Sequence record: DRR723986_1873 | Length of the DNA stretch: 64,000 nucleotides | Direction: 5' to 3' (one strand) | Part shown: one piece after another, positions 29,741 through 46,763 of the stretch | How positions within the stretch are numbered: the first letter of the stretch is position 1 | Layout of the letters: each line of letters opens with the position of its first letter | Made by a program: the position numbers and the translations under genes | Notes under the pieces: model-generated | Seen by the model: only the letters and a program-made list of their open reading frames with translations | Database searches by the model: none | What the model was told of the DNA's origin: nothing

Positions 29741-31105
29741 CTATCTCCCTTGCATGACCTCAGCCATGGCGACCTCGCCAAAGCTGGGTGCGCGGTAATT
29801 CGGTTCCCGTGCCGGCGATTTGACGGCCGAGCCAAGCATCGCGGCAACGATAAAGAGGACGGCTTCGGCGCCAAACACCAGGCCATAGGCCACCGCAGGT
29901 TCTGCTATGAATGCCCGGGCGATGTCGATGGCAACCGTACCCAGGAAGCCCCCGAGCCCGAAGGCAATAGCCTGGGCTGCTCCCCACAGACCCATACGCA
30001 AACCCTCACGACGCGCCTGGCCATGACCGGCCAGGGCCATCATCGAAGCGATCGCCGCGACCGCGAAAGCACCATTAGCCACCCCCAGCAGGAACACGTT
30101 GCTGCGCAGCGGCCACTCAGCGGCCGACGTGCCACCAAGCGCAATACCCAGCAGGGCCAGGGCGGACGCGATGCAGCCGCCCACGGTCCAGTAGCGCAAG
30201 GCGTTGGGACCGGCGCGACGACTGACTGTGGTCGTCACCGCAACCAGCAACATGCCCAGCAGCACCCCGCCATGCTGGATGCCCGAGAGCCGGGTGGACT
30301 CTCCCGGAGTCATCCCGAATACCGTACCGGCGAAGGGCTCCAGAATCAGGTCCTGGGCGCTGTAGGCCAGCATGGAAATAAAGACAAATAGCGTGAAACG
30401 CCGGGCTTCTGCCTCCTGCCATACCTGGCGCAGGGCGGTGCGGAAGCCTGCCGTCATCTCGCTGCGGCTATCCGCCGGCGCCAGTGGATCAGCTGCCGGT
30501 CGGCCCTCAAGACCCACCACCGCCAACAGACTGACCAGCAGGGCGAGGCAAGACACCACCGAGGTGACAAGCACCAGACGCTGGGGCGAGAAGGGGTCGA
30601 GAAACGAACCGGCAACCCCGGCCGTGACCGCAAACCCGGCGATCATCATGATCCAGACAATCGTGGCGGCCGCCGCTTTACGCTCGGCGTCCACCCGCTT
30701 GGCCAGCAACACCAGCAGCGAGGTTCCCGCCGCTCCGGCACCGAGGCCGATCAATACGAACGCAATAACGGCAACCAGGGTGCCGCCGGCGATGGACGTG
30801 GACATCATCGCCGTACCCAGGCTGGCAGCGATGCCGCCGAGGGCGAGGACGGTCATGCCGCCAATAATCCACGGAGTTCGCCGCCCACCCATATCGGAAC
30901 CGTATCCAAATCGGGGGCGACTCATCTGGACGATATGATGCAGGGCAACCAGGATACCGGGCAGCATGGCCGGTAGGGCGAGTTCGACAACCATGATCCG
31001 GTTCATGGTCGAGGTCGTCAGCACGATAATCGCGCCCAGAGAAGTCTGCACCAGACCAAGGCGCACAATTCCCAGCCAGCTGAGACCCGCCGCCGGGGCC
31101 ATCAT
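29741..31105 (-). CDS. PucC/BCD-family MFS protein
   Basis: IVRLGLVQ, NRIMVVEL, SAQDLILEPF and GLWGAAQA motifs; lies between bchG and bchP. Confidence 0.9.
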   Translation of the reverse strand: MMAPAAGLSWLGIVRLGLVQTSLGAIIVLTTSTMNRIMVVELALPAMLPGILVALHHIVQMSRPRFGYGSDMGGRRTPWIIGGMTVLALGGIAASLGTAMMSTSIAGGTLVAVIAFVLIGLGAGAAGTSLLVLLAKRVDAERKAAAATIVWIMMIAGFAVTAGVAGSFLDPFSPQRLVLVTSVVSCLALLVSLLAVVGLEGRPAADPLAPADSRSEMTAGFRTALRQVWQEAEARRFTLFVFISMLAYSAQDLILEPFAGTVFGMTPGESTRLSGIQHGGVLLGMLLVAVTTTVSRRAGPNALRYWTVGGCIASALALLGIALGGTSAAEWPLRSNVFLLGVANGAFAVAAIASMMALAGHGQARREGLRMGLWGAAQAIAFGLGGFLGTVAIDIARAFIAEPAVAYGLVFGAEAVLFIVAAMLGSAVKSPAREPNYRAPSFGEVAMAEVMQGR

Positions 31106-32007
31106 GCGGCAGCACCGATGGCCAGCGCACTGGCCATCATCCCCAGCACATAGAGCGACACCCCGGTCGCGTTGTACCAGGGGGCGTACTGCCGGGGGTC
31201 GCGCAGCAGGCGGGTCATGGCCGCGCCCTGCAACACCAGCAGCCCGGCAATAATTCCCGCGTGCCAGGGATGCTGCCAGTGCAACAGCAGGGCGATGACC
31301 ACAACTTGCGGCAGCGCCATGACCACACAGGCCAGGCGGGCCGCACGGGCCGAGCCATAGCGCGCAGGAATCGAGCGAACACCCATGCGACGGTCGCCGT
31401 CGATGGACTTGAAGTCATTGAGAGTCATGATCCCGTGGGCCCCGATGCTGTACAGCGCGGCCAGCAGGAGCACCGGAAGGCCAGGCATTTCACCACCAAG
31501 CAGCACTGCTGCGCCGGTGATCCAGGCCAGGCCCTCGTAGCTGAAACCAACCGCGGCATTGCCCCACCAGCCATTGAGCTTGAGCCGCAGCGGCGGTGCG
31601 CTATAGGCCCAGGCCAGGACCAGACCGAGGAACGTGGCCGCCAGCACCCAGGTACCAAGCATCGCTGACCAGGCAAGGCAAAGGGCGCTCCAGACGATGG
31701 CGAAATACAGGCCCCAGTGCCCCGGCACACGTCCCGAGGGAATCGGCCGGCCGGGTTCGTTGATCGCGTCGACCTCGCGGTCAAACCAGTCGTTGACGAC
31801 CTGGCTGGCACCGCAGACCAGGGGGCCGGTGAGGATCACGCCGAGAATCAGCAGGACCGGTTGCTCGCCGAGCGCGACGCCGGAGGAAACAGCGCCACAC
31901 AGGAAGGCCCACATGGGGGGAAACCAGGTGATGGGCTTCAGAAGCTGAAGCAGCGCCGACGCCTCCGGGAGCGGCTGGCGCTGCCCTGTCAGGCTGGCAC
32001 GCTGCAT
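31102..32007 (-). CDS. bchG: Bacteriochlorophyll synthase
   Basis: LKPITWFPPMW, NDWFDREVDAINEP and LNDFKS motifs. Confidence 0.96.
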   Translation of the reverse strand: MQRASLTGQRQPLPEASALLQLLKPITWFPPMWAFLCGAVSSGVALGEQPVLLILGVILTGPLVCGASQVVNDWFDREVDAINEPGRPIPSGRVPGHWGLYFAIVWSALCLAWSAMLGTWVLAATFLGLVLAWAYSAPPLRLKLNGWWGNAAVGFSYEGLAWITGAAVLLGGEMPGLPVLLLAALYSIGAHGIMTLNDFKSIDGDRRMGVRSIPARYGSARAARLACVVMALPQVVVIALLLHWQHPWHAGIIAGLLVLQGAAMTRLLRDPRQYAPWYNATGVSLYVLGMMASALAIGAAA

Positions 32008-32011
32008 GCCA

Positions 32012-32055
32012 TGTAATATAGACTGGTCACTTTATAGTGTCAATTTAAATTGACG
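32012..32055. promoter_or_regulatory. Paired PpsR-like operators upstream of bchG
   Basis: TGTAATATAGACTGGTCA and TGTCAATTTAAATTGACG, 8 nt apart; each has one mismatch to TGT-N12-ACA. Confidence 0.75.
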
Positions 32056-32086
32056 CTATACCCGGGAGCGACAATCCGGTCCAGAC

Positions 32087-33517
32087 CTAGTCGGAATCGG
32101 CCTCGGCGCCACCGATGCCGTAGCGCCGCAACTTGGCGTACAGGCTCTGGCGACTGAGACCCAGCAGCTCCGCCGCCGAGGCCCGGTTGTCATGGGTCAG
32201 CTTCAGCGCCGCCTCCACGCAGAGGGCCTCGATCACGTCCTTCGACTCGCGGACCAACTCCTTCAGCGGAACCCGCCCGACGCGCTGGGTGACCTGCTCG
32301 ATCGAACGCGGCAGGTGCTGGGTCATCGGATGCTCGCTGGCAAGCCGGCGGCCGATATCCCGGATAAAGAAAGCGATCACTGGTTGCTGCAGGTCATTGA
32401 TACTGCAGGCAGAGATTTCGACCTCGGCCCGGGTACCCGATTCGCCGCGCAGGGTGGAGGCAAACAGGCGCACCACATCGCGCTGGCGCAGGTTGGTGAG
32501 CAGCACGCTCAGGTCCACACCTGAACGGCCGAGCCAGTGATCCGCCGAACGACCCAGGGCCTGCTCCTCCGAGGCCAGCTGGGCCAATTCGATGAAAGCC
32601 TTGTTGGCCGCCAGCACGCGCCCTTCACTATCGGTGAGCAACACGGCATCCGGGGCCAGGCGCAGCGTTTCCTGCAGGAACTGCTCGGCGCCGGCACCTG
32701 CCGACTCCCCCGCATTTACCGGCGCTATCTGCACCAGGAAACGGGACTCACCCGCCTGGCGCAGGAAGCTGGCGCTCAGGCTCAGGCGCTGTCCGGTAGT
32801 AGCGGAGCAGATGCTCGACAGACTGCCCTTGCCCACCGTGCGGGTCTCTTCCAGCAGCTTGTTGACTGCCGTCGTACTGCGGGTATCGAGACCCTGGGGG
32901 AACGGCTTGCCCACTATCGACTTGCCGCCGCCCAGGAGGTCGCTGGCGACCGCATTGGCCTCCAGCACGCGGCCACTGCCTTCATCGATGACCAGCACCG
33001 CGTCGGCCACCATATCGAACAGCTTGCGATAGCGCGTCTCTACCTGGCGCAGGCGCCAGTAATCCTGCTCCAGGGCCTGCTGGGCATTCAACAATTGCTG
33101 GCGCAGGTTGGCCATGGGCCGCAGATCCTGGCCGAATGCGATAAGTCGCTCGGTTGCTGGCAGGTAAAGGGCTCGGTACTGGGCCGGCAGCTCGGAGCCA
33201 TCCGGGGAAATATGGACCACGTCGCGATGGGCTATCGATCCGGGCGCCCGGCGCGCTTCCTCGATCAGCTCGCCAAGGCGGCTGCGGCCATCGTCGCCGG
33301 TCGTATCGAACCAGCTTTGCCCCACCCAGGACTCGGCAACGGCACCGTCCAGCTCTTCGCTGGCGACAGAGACACGTTCGATCCGGCCACCGGGTTCGAC
33401 CACCACGGTGAAGTCCGCCACTTGCTCGAGGACGGCCGCCAAGGACGTGGGATCCAATTCGACACGCACTGCTTCTGGTCCATCCCTCAACTGTTGGGTG
33501 GTAAGGATAGCGGACAC
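32087..33517 (-). CDS. ppsR: Photosynthesis repressor PpsR/CrtJ
   Basis: PAS domains, Q-linker EQDYWRLRQVETRYR, HTH ALCVEAALKLTHDNRASAAELLGLSRQSLY with the conserved Cys; start codon uncertain. Confidence 0.95.
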   Translation of the reverse strand: MSAILTTQQLRDGPEAVRVELDPTSLAAVLEQVADFTVVVEPGGRIERVSVASEELDGAVAESWVGQSWFDTTGDDGRSRLGELIEEARRAPGSIAHRDVVHISPDGSELPAQYRALYLPATERLIAFGQDLRPMANLRQQLLNAQQALEQDYWRLRQVETRYRKLFDMVADAVLVIDEGSGRVLEANAVASDLLGGGKSIVGKPFPQGLDTRSTTAVNKLLEETRTVGKGSLSSICSATTGQRLSLSASFLRQAGESRFLVQIAPVNAGESAGAGAEQFLQETLRLAPDAVLLTDSEGRVLAANKAFIELAQLASEEQALGRSADHWLGRSGVDLSVLLTNLRQRDVVRLFASTLRGESGTRAEVEISACSINDLQQPVIAFFIRDIGRRLASEHPMTQHLPRSIEQVTQRVGRVPLKELVRESKDVIEALCVEAALKLTHDNRASAAELLGLSRQSLYAKLRRYGIGGAEADSD

Positions 33518-33606
33518 CTCGGCGCGTCAATAAACGCGCAATATACCACAGGTTGACCCGACGAGAACCCGCCATATAGGTGCAGTTAAGCGAACCATAC
33601 AATTTA

Positions 33607-33649
33607 TGTCAATTTATTTAGACTTTAACTGTGTAAGATAAAGTTGACA
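33607..33649. promoter_or_regulatory. Paired PpsR operators upstream of bchF
   Basis: TGTCAATTTATTTAGACT and perfect TGTAAGATAAAGTTGACA, 7 nt apart. Confidence 0.88.
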
Positions 33650-33717
33650 TCAAGACAGGCGAGGGCTAAATTCAGGCCTATAAGATCCCAATCAGCCCAT
33701 CCACGGAGGTGCTCGTC

Positions 33718-35513
<1,796 letters not shown>

Positions 35514-35515
35514 TC

Positions 35516-37052
35516 GTGCAGCTGACCTTCTGGACCTACGAGGGACCGCCCCATGTCGGGGCCATCCGCATCGCTGCGTCCATGCAGGGTGTCCACCTGT
35601 TACTGCACGCGCCCCAGGGCGACACCTATGCCGACCTGCTGTTCACCATGATCGAGCGGCAGGCGCAGCGGCCTCCAGTGACCTACACCACGTTCCAGGC
35701 CCGGGATCTGGGCAGCAATACTGCGGAGATCGTTACCGATCGCCTGCGCGAGGCCTACGAAGTCCACCAGCCCCAATTGATCATGGTTGGCGATTCCTGC
35801 ACCGCGGAACTGCTGCAGGACCAGCCGGGCACCCTGAGCCAGGGTGCCGGCCTGCCGGTGCCGATCATTGCCCTGGAAATGCTGGCCTACTCCCGCAAGG
35901 AAAACTGGGGCGCGGCCGAAACCTTTTACAGCCTGGTTCGCGGCCTGCTCGCGCGCAAGGTACCCGAACCCGGCTGGGAACGCCCTGCCCGACCACCGGG
36001 CCAACGCCCCAGCGTCAACTTGCTGGGCCCGTCGGTACTTGGCTTCCGCTGCCGGGATGATGTCCGCGAAATCACCGGCCTGCTGGCATCAGTCGGTGTG
36101 GATGTGAACGTGGTCGCGCCGCTGGGTGCCAGCCCGGCCGACCTGCTCCGGCTACCGGACGCGGACGCCAATGTCTGCCTGTACCCGGAGGTCGGGGATA
36201 CCGCCTGCCAGTGGCTGAGCCGCAATTTCAAACAACCCACCATCAGCACCGTACCGATCGGGGTTGGCGCGACCGGCGACTTCCTCGCCGAGCTTGCCGA
36301 AGTGACCGGTGTTGACGTCAGCCCCGCCGTCGCCGCGGGATCACGCCTGCCCTGGTACTCGCGCTCGGTCGATTCAACCTACCTGACCGGCAAGCGGGTA
36401 TTCATCTTTGCCGACGCCACCCACGCCATCGCCGCGGCTCGCATTGCCAGCGAAGAACTGGGCTTCGAGGTCGTCGGCCTCGGCACCTATGCCCGCGAAC
36501 AGGCCCGCGCCGTGCGTCAAGCGGCCGCCAAGTACGGTATCGAGGCACTGATCAGCGATGATTATCTTGAGGTCGAGCGCGCGGTTGCCGCGGTGCAGCC
36601 AGAGCTGGTGCTGGGCACCCAGATGGAGCGCCACATTGCCAAGCGTCTGGGCATTGCCTGCGCCGTGATCTCCACCCCGGCCCATGTGCAGGACTACCCC
36701 GCCCGCTACTCACCACAGATGGGCTACGAGGGTGCCAACGTCATCTTCGACAGCTGGGTGCACCCGCTGATGATGGGACTGGAAGAGCACCTGCTGACCA
36801 TGTTCCGGGACGACTTTGAATTTCATGACGGCGCGGTGGCATCACACCTCGCTGCAGAGCATGTCGGTGCCGAGCGCCCGGATACCGCCACAACGAGCAC
36901 GGACGAAGCAACCGGGGTCAGCCTCGCCTGGGAAGTTTCGGCGGAAAAAGAACTGCGCAAGATTCCCTTCTTCGTGCGCGGCAAGGCCCGCCGCAATACC
37001 GAGCTGTTTGCCGCGGAACAGGGTGTCAATGTGATCAAGGTCGAGACGCTGT

Positions 37053-37081
<29 letters not shown>
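35516..37081 (+). CDS. bchB: Dark-operative protochlorophyllide reductase subunit B
   Basis: [26 protein letters not shown] and KIPFFVRGK motifs; GTG start at 35516. Confidence 0.96.
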
Positions 37082-41685
<4,604 letters not shown>

Positions 41686-41686
<1 letters not shown>

Positions 41687-42387
41687 TGCCAGCTGTTAGC
41701 TACGAAAAACGCCGGAGCGAAATCGAAACCTATTTCGACCGCACCGCTGCAGATGCCTGGGCCAGGCTGACCTCGGATGCGCCGGTAGGCCGCATCCGCC
41801 AGACAGTGCGGGCCGGCCGTGACAAGATGCGGACCACCCTGCTCGACTGGCTGCCGGAAGACCTGCGCGGTCGCCGGCTGCTGGACGCCGGCTGTGGCAC
41901 GGGGGCACTGGCCTTCGAGGCTGCCCGTCGTGGCGCCGACGTGGTCGCCGTGGACCTGTCACCTACCCTGATACAGCTCGCGCGTGAGCGGGTGCCGGAA
42001 CGTGTCGGCACCGGCAGCGTGCGCTTCCTGGTCGGCGACATGCGCCAACTCAAGCTGGGTAATTTTGATCATGCCGTGGCCATGGACTCACTGATCCACT
42101 ACGCGGTCGAGGACGGCCTGCAAACCCTGGAAGCCCTGGCTGAAAAGATCGGTGACAGCATCCTGTTCACCTTCGCACCGCGCACCCCGCTGCTCGGCGC
42201 GATGCATACCGTCGGCCGACTGTTCCCGCGAGGCAACCGCTCCCCGGCCATCGAGCCGGTGGCCGAAAGCCTGCTCAACCAGCGCCTGGACAAGGCCGCC
42301 AGCCTCAGCGGCTGGCAGCGCAGCCGTTCCTCGCGCGTGGCCAGCGGTTTCTATACTTCCCAGGCCTGTGAGCTGGTGCGCCGGTGA
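41686..42387 (+). CDS. bchM: Mg-protoporphyrin IX methyltransferase
   Basis: YFDRTA, LLDAGCGTG and MDSLIHY motifs. Confidence 0.95.
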
Positions 42388-43814
42388 AACTGCCTCTGCC
42401 GGACATCACCACGGCGTTGCAGGGGCTCAGCGACCGCTGGCTGCCCTTTGCCGACGTGGCGACCGGCGAACTGCCGCTCAGCCGCCTGCTGCGCCTGGCC
42501 CTGTTCCAGGTGTCGGTGGGTATGGCGGTCGTGTTACTGAACGGCACCCTGAACCGGATTATGGTGGTCGAGCTTGGCCAGGCCGCCTGGATCGTCTCCC
42601 TGATGGTGTCACTGCCGCTGCTGTTTGCACCCATGCGCGCGCTGATCGGCTTTCGTTCAGACCATCACAAGTCCTTCCTCGGCTGGCGCCGGGTACCCTA
42701 CATCTGGACCGGCACCATGCTGCAGTTCGGTGGGCTGGCCATCATGCCTTTTGCCCTGATCGTCATGACCGAACCGCACTCAGGACCCATGTGGGTGGGT
42801 CCGGCCGCCGCGATGCTGGCTTTCCTGCTGGTAGGCGCGGGGATGCACACCACCCAGACCGCCGGCCTCGCCCTGGCCACTGACCTGGCCACGGAAGAGA
42901 CGCGGCCACGGGTAGTCGCCCTGCTGTACGTGATGCTGCTGCTGGGCATGATCATCAGCTCGTTCGGTTTCGCCGCACTGTTGGAGGATTTCACCTACGT
43001 TCGCCTGGTCAAGGTGATCCAGGGCGCCGCCTCTATCACCCTGGTGCTGAACGTGATCGCCCTGTGGAAGCAGGAGTCACGCCAGCCCCACCTGACCCGG
43101 CACGACCGGCCGCGGCCCCGTTTCGCCGATACCTGGCGCGAGTTTTCGCAATCCGGGCGCACCATGCGCCTGCTCGTGGCCGTCGGCCTGGGGACTGCGG
43201 GTTTCAGCATGCAGGATATCCTGCTCGAGCCCTACGGTGCCCAGATCCTCGGGCTCTCTGTCAGCCAGACCACCGAGCTGACCGCGATCCTGGGCATCGG
43301 CATGCTGGTCGCCTTCATCCTGGCCTCCCGCCAGCTGGGGCAAGGGGCCGATCCTATCCGGCTGGCCGGCTACGGCGCGGTGATCGGTATCTTCGCCTTC
43401 GCCGCCGTGGTGCTGGCCGCACCCTTTGATTCACCCCTGCTGTTTCGCGCCGGCACCTGCCTGATTGGCCTCGGTGGCGGCATGTTCGCGGTCGGCACCC
43501 TGACCTCCGCCATGCTCCTGGGCCGGGAGGAGCATACCGGCCTTGCGCTGGGCGCCTGGGGCGCGGTGCAGGCAACTGCCGCCGGCCTCGCCATCGCCCT
43601 CGGCGGAGCAATGCGCGACCTGGTGTCGGGCTGGGCGGTTGCCGGCGACCTCGGCCCCGCGCTCACCGGACCGGTGACCGGTTACGGGGCGGTATATCAC
43701 CTGGAAATTATTGTGCTGTTCGCTGCACTCGTGGCCATCGGGCCGCTGGTGCGGCGTCCCGGCGAAGACACTTACCAACAATCGGGACTCCAACTGGCGG
43801 AGTTCCCGGGATGA
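42384..43814 (+). CDS. lhaA: LH1 assembly protein (PucC family)
   Basis: LPFAD, LLRLALFQ and GWRRVPY motifs; lies between bchM and puhA. Confidence 0.92.
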   Translation: MKLPLPDITTALQGLSDRWLPFADVATGELPLSRLLRLALFQVSVGMAVVLLNGTLNRIMVVELGQAAWIVSLMVSLPLLFAPMRALIGFRSDHHKSFLGWRRVPYIWTGTMLQFGGLAIMPFALIVMTEPHSGPMWVGPAAAMLAFLLVGAGMHTTQTAGLALATDLATEETRPRVVALLYVMLLLGMIISSFGFAALLEDFTYVRLVKVIQGAASITLVLNVIALWKQESRQPHLTRHDRPRPRFADTWREFSQSGRTMRLLVAVGLGTAGFSMQDILLEPYGAQILGLSVSQTTELTAILGIGMLVAFILASRQLGQGADPIRLAGYGAVIGIFAFAAVVLAAPFDSPLLFRAGTCLIGLGGGMFAVGTLTSAMLLGREEHTGLALGAWGAVQATAAGLAIALGGAMRDLVSGWAVAGDLGPALTGPVTGYGAVYHLEIIVLFAALVAIGPLVRRPGEDTYQQSGLQLAEFPG

Positions 43815-43841
43815 CTTTTCTGGAAACAGGGAGATGACACT

Positions 43842-44600
43842 ATGGAAACCGGCGCTATAACCAGCTATATGGACGTCGCCCAGATCGTGCTGTATGCGTT
43901 CTGGCTATTTTTCTTTGGCCTGATCTACTACCTCCACCGCGAGAACAAGCGCGAGGGCTACCCGCTGGAAACCAGTTCCAAGCGGCGCATCGAGGGCTTT
44001 CCGCCCATGCCTCCGCCCAAGGAATTCAAGCTGCCCCACGGCGGTGGTTCACGCTTCGTGCCGCGCCCCGACCCGGAGCCGTACCCCCTGGCGGCTGAGC
44101 CCGTGCGTCGTGCGCCCGGTTCACCATTGCACCCGACCGGCAATCCGATGGTCGACGGCGTGGGGCCGGCGGCTTACGCCACCCGGCCGGAAGTACCGGA
44201 CCTGACGGTCGACGGCCAGCCCAAGATCGTCCCGCTGCGCGTGGCCACCGACTACAAAGTCGATGGACGCGACCCGGATCCCCGCGGCAAGGCGGTCTAC
44301 GGCTGTGACGGAGAGCGAGGCGGCGAGGTGGTGGATATCTGGGTTGACCAGTCCGAACCGCAAATACGCTACCTCGAAGTCCAGGTGGGTGAACGCCGGG
44401 TGCTGCTGCCAATGAATTACACGCGGGTTACCCGCAGCGGCGAGGTCAACGTGAAATCCATTCGTGGCGCGCACTTCGCCGATGTGCCCGGGCTCGCCAA
44501 CCCCGACCAGGTCACCCTGCAGGAAGAGGACAAGATCACCGCCTACTACGCCGGTGGTCACCTCTACGCCACCCCGGATCGCGTGGAGCCCTGGATATGA
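43842..44600 (+). CDS. puhA: Reaction centre H subunit
   Basis: METGAIT..DVAQ, REGYPL, GNPMVDGVGPA and TLQEEDKI motifs. Confidence 0.97.
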   Translation: METGAITSYMDVAQIVLYAFWLFFFGLIYYLHRENKREGYPLETSSKRRIEGFPPMPPPKEFKLPHGGGSRFVPRPDPEPYPLAAEPVRRAPGSPLHPTGNPMVDGVGPAAYATRPEVPDLTVDGQPKIVPLRVATDYKVDGRDPDPRGKAVYGCDGERGGEVVDIWVDQSEPQIRYLEVQVGERRVLLPMNYTRVTRSGEVNVKSIRGAHFADVPGLANPDQVTLQEEDKITAYYAGGHLYATPDRVEPWI

Positions 44601-45238
44601 ACGAATATGAAAATGAGCCGGTTCGCGGTCTCCCGGAGGAGTTACCCGCAGGCGAGACCATGGTCTGGCAGGGCGAACCCACCTGGACAGCCATCGCCCG
44701 GCGTGTATTCCATGTTCACGCCCTGGCGGTGTATTTCGCAGTCCTGATCGCGCTTCACGTGACCTACCAGCTGACTCAGGGCGAGACGCTCGCCGCGGTA
44801 CTGCCGGGCGTTGCCTGGCAGCTGAGCCTGGGCCTGGCGGCGCTGGCGATCCTCTCGGTGATGGCCCTGGCCTATGCGCGCACCACGGTTTACACCATCA
44901 CCAACCAGCGCCTGGTCATCCGCTTCGGTGTCGCGGTCCCCATGATGATCAATATCCCCTGGGCATCCGTGGCCGCGGCAGACCTGCGCCGTTGCGCTGA
45001 CGGCAGTGGCGATATCGCCCTCACCCTGGTGCCGGAAAAACGCATGTCCTACCTGACCCTGTGGCCCAATGTCAGGCCCTGGCACTACGGTCGCGTGCAG
45101 CCGATGATCCGCGGCGTCTCTAACCCGACGGCGGTAGCGAGCAAACTGGCCCGCGTTGTCACCGGGGAAACCTGGCAACAACCGGCAGCTGAGCGCGCCG
45201 CCCCCCTCAGCGACCGCGGCATGGCTGCGGCCTCCTGA
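44597..45238 (+). CDS. puhB: Photosynthetic complex assembly protein PuhB
   Basis: EPVRGLPEELPAGE..WQGEP, TTVYTITNQR and LWPNVRPW motifs. Confidence 0.93.
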   Translation: MNEYENEPVRGLPEELPAGETMVWQGEPTWTAIARRVFHVHALAVYFAVLIALHVTYQLTQGETLAAVLPGVAWQLSLGLAALAILSVMALAYARTTVYTITNQRLVIRFGVAVPMMINIPWASVAAADLRRCADGSGDIALTLVPEKRMSYLTLWPNVRPWHYGRVQPMIRGVSNPTAVASKLARVVTGETWQQPAAERAAPLSDRGMAAAS

Positions 45239-45254
45239 ACCGGAGTCACAGGCC

Positions 45255-45710
45255 ATGAGCGCTGCAGCCAACAGCTATACCGACCGCGGGATCGTTGCCC
45301 TGGCCCTGGCTATCCTGGTAAGCGTGACGGCCGTTGCCGCCGTGCGGATGAACGGCTACCAGCCCAGCACCCCCGACAACGGGGCTGTCGTTGCCACCTG
45401 CCGGCTCGGTTTTACGGACGCGGCATCGGGCACCGTGGTGGTTTACGACTGGGACAGCGGTGTGACCCTGGAGGAACTGGCTCCCGGTGAAGGGAGCTTC
45501 GTGCGCGGTGTGCTGCGCAGCCTGGTGCGGGAACGGCGCAGTCGCGGCGTAAACTCTGACGAGCCGTTCCAGATCACCCGCTTCAGCAACGGCAGCCTGA
45601 CCCTGCAGGACACGCTCACCGGACGCCGCATCGAGCTGCAGGCCTTCGGCCCGAGCAATGCCGGTGCCTTCGCCCGCCTGCTCGACGCCAGCAGCGTAGA
45701 GAACAGCTGA
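45255..45710 (+). CDS. puhC: Photosynthetic complex assembly protein PuhC
   Basis: FVRGVLRSLVRER and ELQAFGPSNAGAF motifs; ATG at 45255 after GGAG. Confidence 0.92.
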   Translation: MSAAANSYTDRGIVALALAILVSVTAVAAVRMNGYQPSTPDNGAVVATCRLGFTDAASGTVVVYDWDSGVTLEELAPGEGSFVRGVLRSLVRERRSRGVNSDEPFQITRFSNGSLTLQDTLTGRRIELQAFGPSNAGAFARLLDASSVENS

Positions 45711-45745
45711 TATGACCCCCCACGCCCGGTACCGGACGAGCTGAC

Positions 45746-46540
45746 ATGAGTAGCTACCTGCTGGCTATTGCTATCGCCGTGCTCGGCTGGTGGGTTTGCA
45801 CCGGGGTTATCCTGTTCCTCAACCATCTCCCGAAAAGCACTTACCGCTGGAGCTTCCTCGCGGCTTCCACCTTGCTGCTCGCCAGCCTTGCCCTGCTGCC
45901 CGCAGTCAGCGCGGAAACCACCCGCGGCGCTGCGATCGGCGGCTTCAGCCTCGCGCTACTTATCTGGGGCTGGCTGGAGATGGGCTACCTGATGGGCCTG
46001 GTCACCGGTCCACACAGTTCACCCTGCCCACCGCAGGCCGCCAGTGGCAGGCGTTTCCGACTGGCCGTCGCCACCAGCCTGTATCACGAACTCGCCGTTG
46101 TCGCCCTGGCCGCCGGGGTGATCGCCCTGACCTGGGGCGCGCCCAACCAGGTGGCGACGCTAACGTTTATTACCCTGTGGCTGATGCGCTGGAGTGCCAA
46201 GCTGAATCTGTTTCTCGGGGTGCGCAATTACAACTGGGACTGGCTGCCCGAGCACCTCGGCTATCTCGACAGCTATACCCGGCGCCGGCGTATGAACGCC
46301 CTGTTTCCGATTTCGATCGCCGCCGGCCTGCTGGCAGCCGTTGCCCTGTTTCACGCTGCCGCTAACGGCAGCACGGCGTTCGAAGTCGTTGGCAACAGCC
46401 TGGTCGGCACCCTGGTGGCACTGGCCGTACTGGAACACTGCTTCCTGGTGCTGCCGTTGAGGGACGCCGCCTTATGGCAGTGGGCGGTGCCGGACCGGCC
46501 GGGACCTGCGCGCCTGGCGACGGCTCATACCGACGATTAA
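45746..46540 (+). CDS. puhE: Photosynthetic complex assembly protein PuhE
   Basis: WWVCTG, WGWLEM, SAKLNLFLGV and LEHCFLVLP motifs. Confidence 0.9.
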   Translation: MSSYLLAIAIAVLGWWVCTGVILFLNHLPKSTYRWSFLAASTLLLASLALLPAVSAETTRGAAIGGFSLALLIWGWLEMGYLMGLVTGPHSSPCPPQAASGRRFRLAVATSLYHELAVVALAAGVIALTWGAPNQVATLTFITLWLMRWSAKLNLFLGVRNYNWDWLPEHLGYLDSYTRRRRMNALFPISIAAGLLAAVALFHAAANGSTAFEVVGNSLVGTLVALAVLEHCFLVLPLRDAALWQWAVPDRPGPARLATAHTDD

Positions 46541-46584
46541 ACGATTTTAAATGATACAACGATAACAAAAAGATATACCCGGGG

Positions 46585-46626
46585 TGTAAAGTTTCCTTGA
46601 CGACCGGAGACCCCCAAGTCTAAGAT
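46585..46626 (+). promoter_or_regulatory. Putative promoter of the hemN-like gene with an overlapping single PpsR-like box
   Basis: TGTAAAGTTTCCTTGACG (46585-46602) overlaps TTGACG-18-TAAGAT. Confidence 0.6.
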
Positions 46627-46763
46627 TTTTCTCCAGGTCTTAGGCAACTATAACAAGACTGACTGGAATGACCCTGTAATCCAACCGCACGCGGTTTTAC
46701 GGTTACTTTATTCACGGTACGCCCAGCCAGCCCGGAAAACCGGCAGCAGATTGGAGCGTCCCC

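Noticed and set aside
46541-46584. Possible FNR site upstream of the hemN-like gene
   Set aside because: AT-rich but no acceptable TTGAT-N4-ATCAA match
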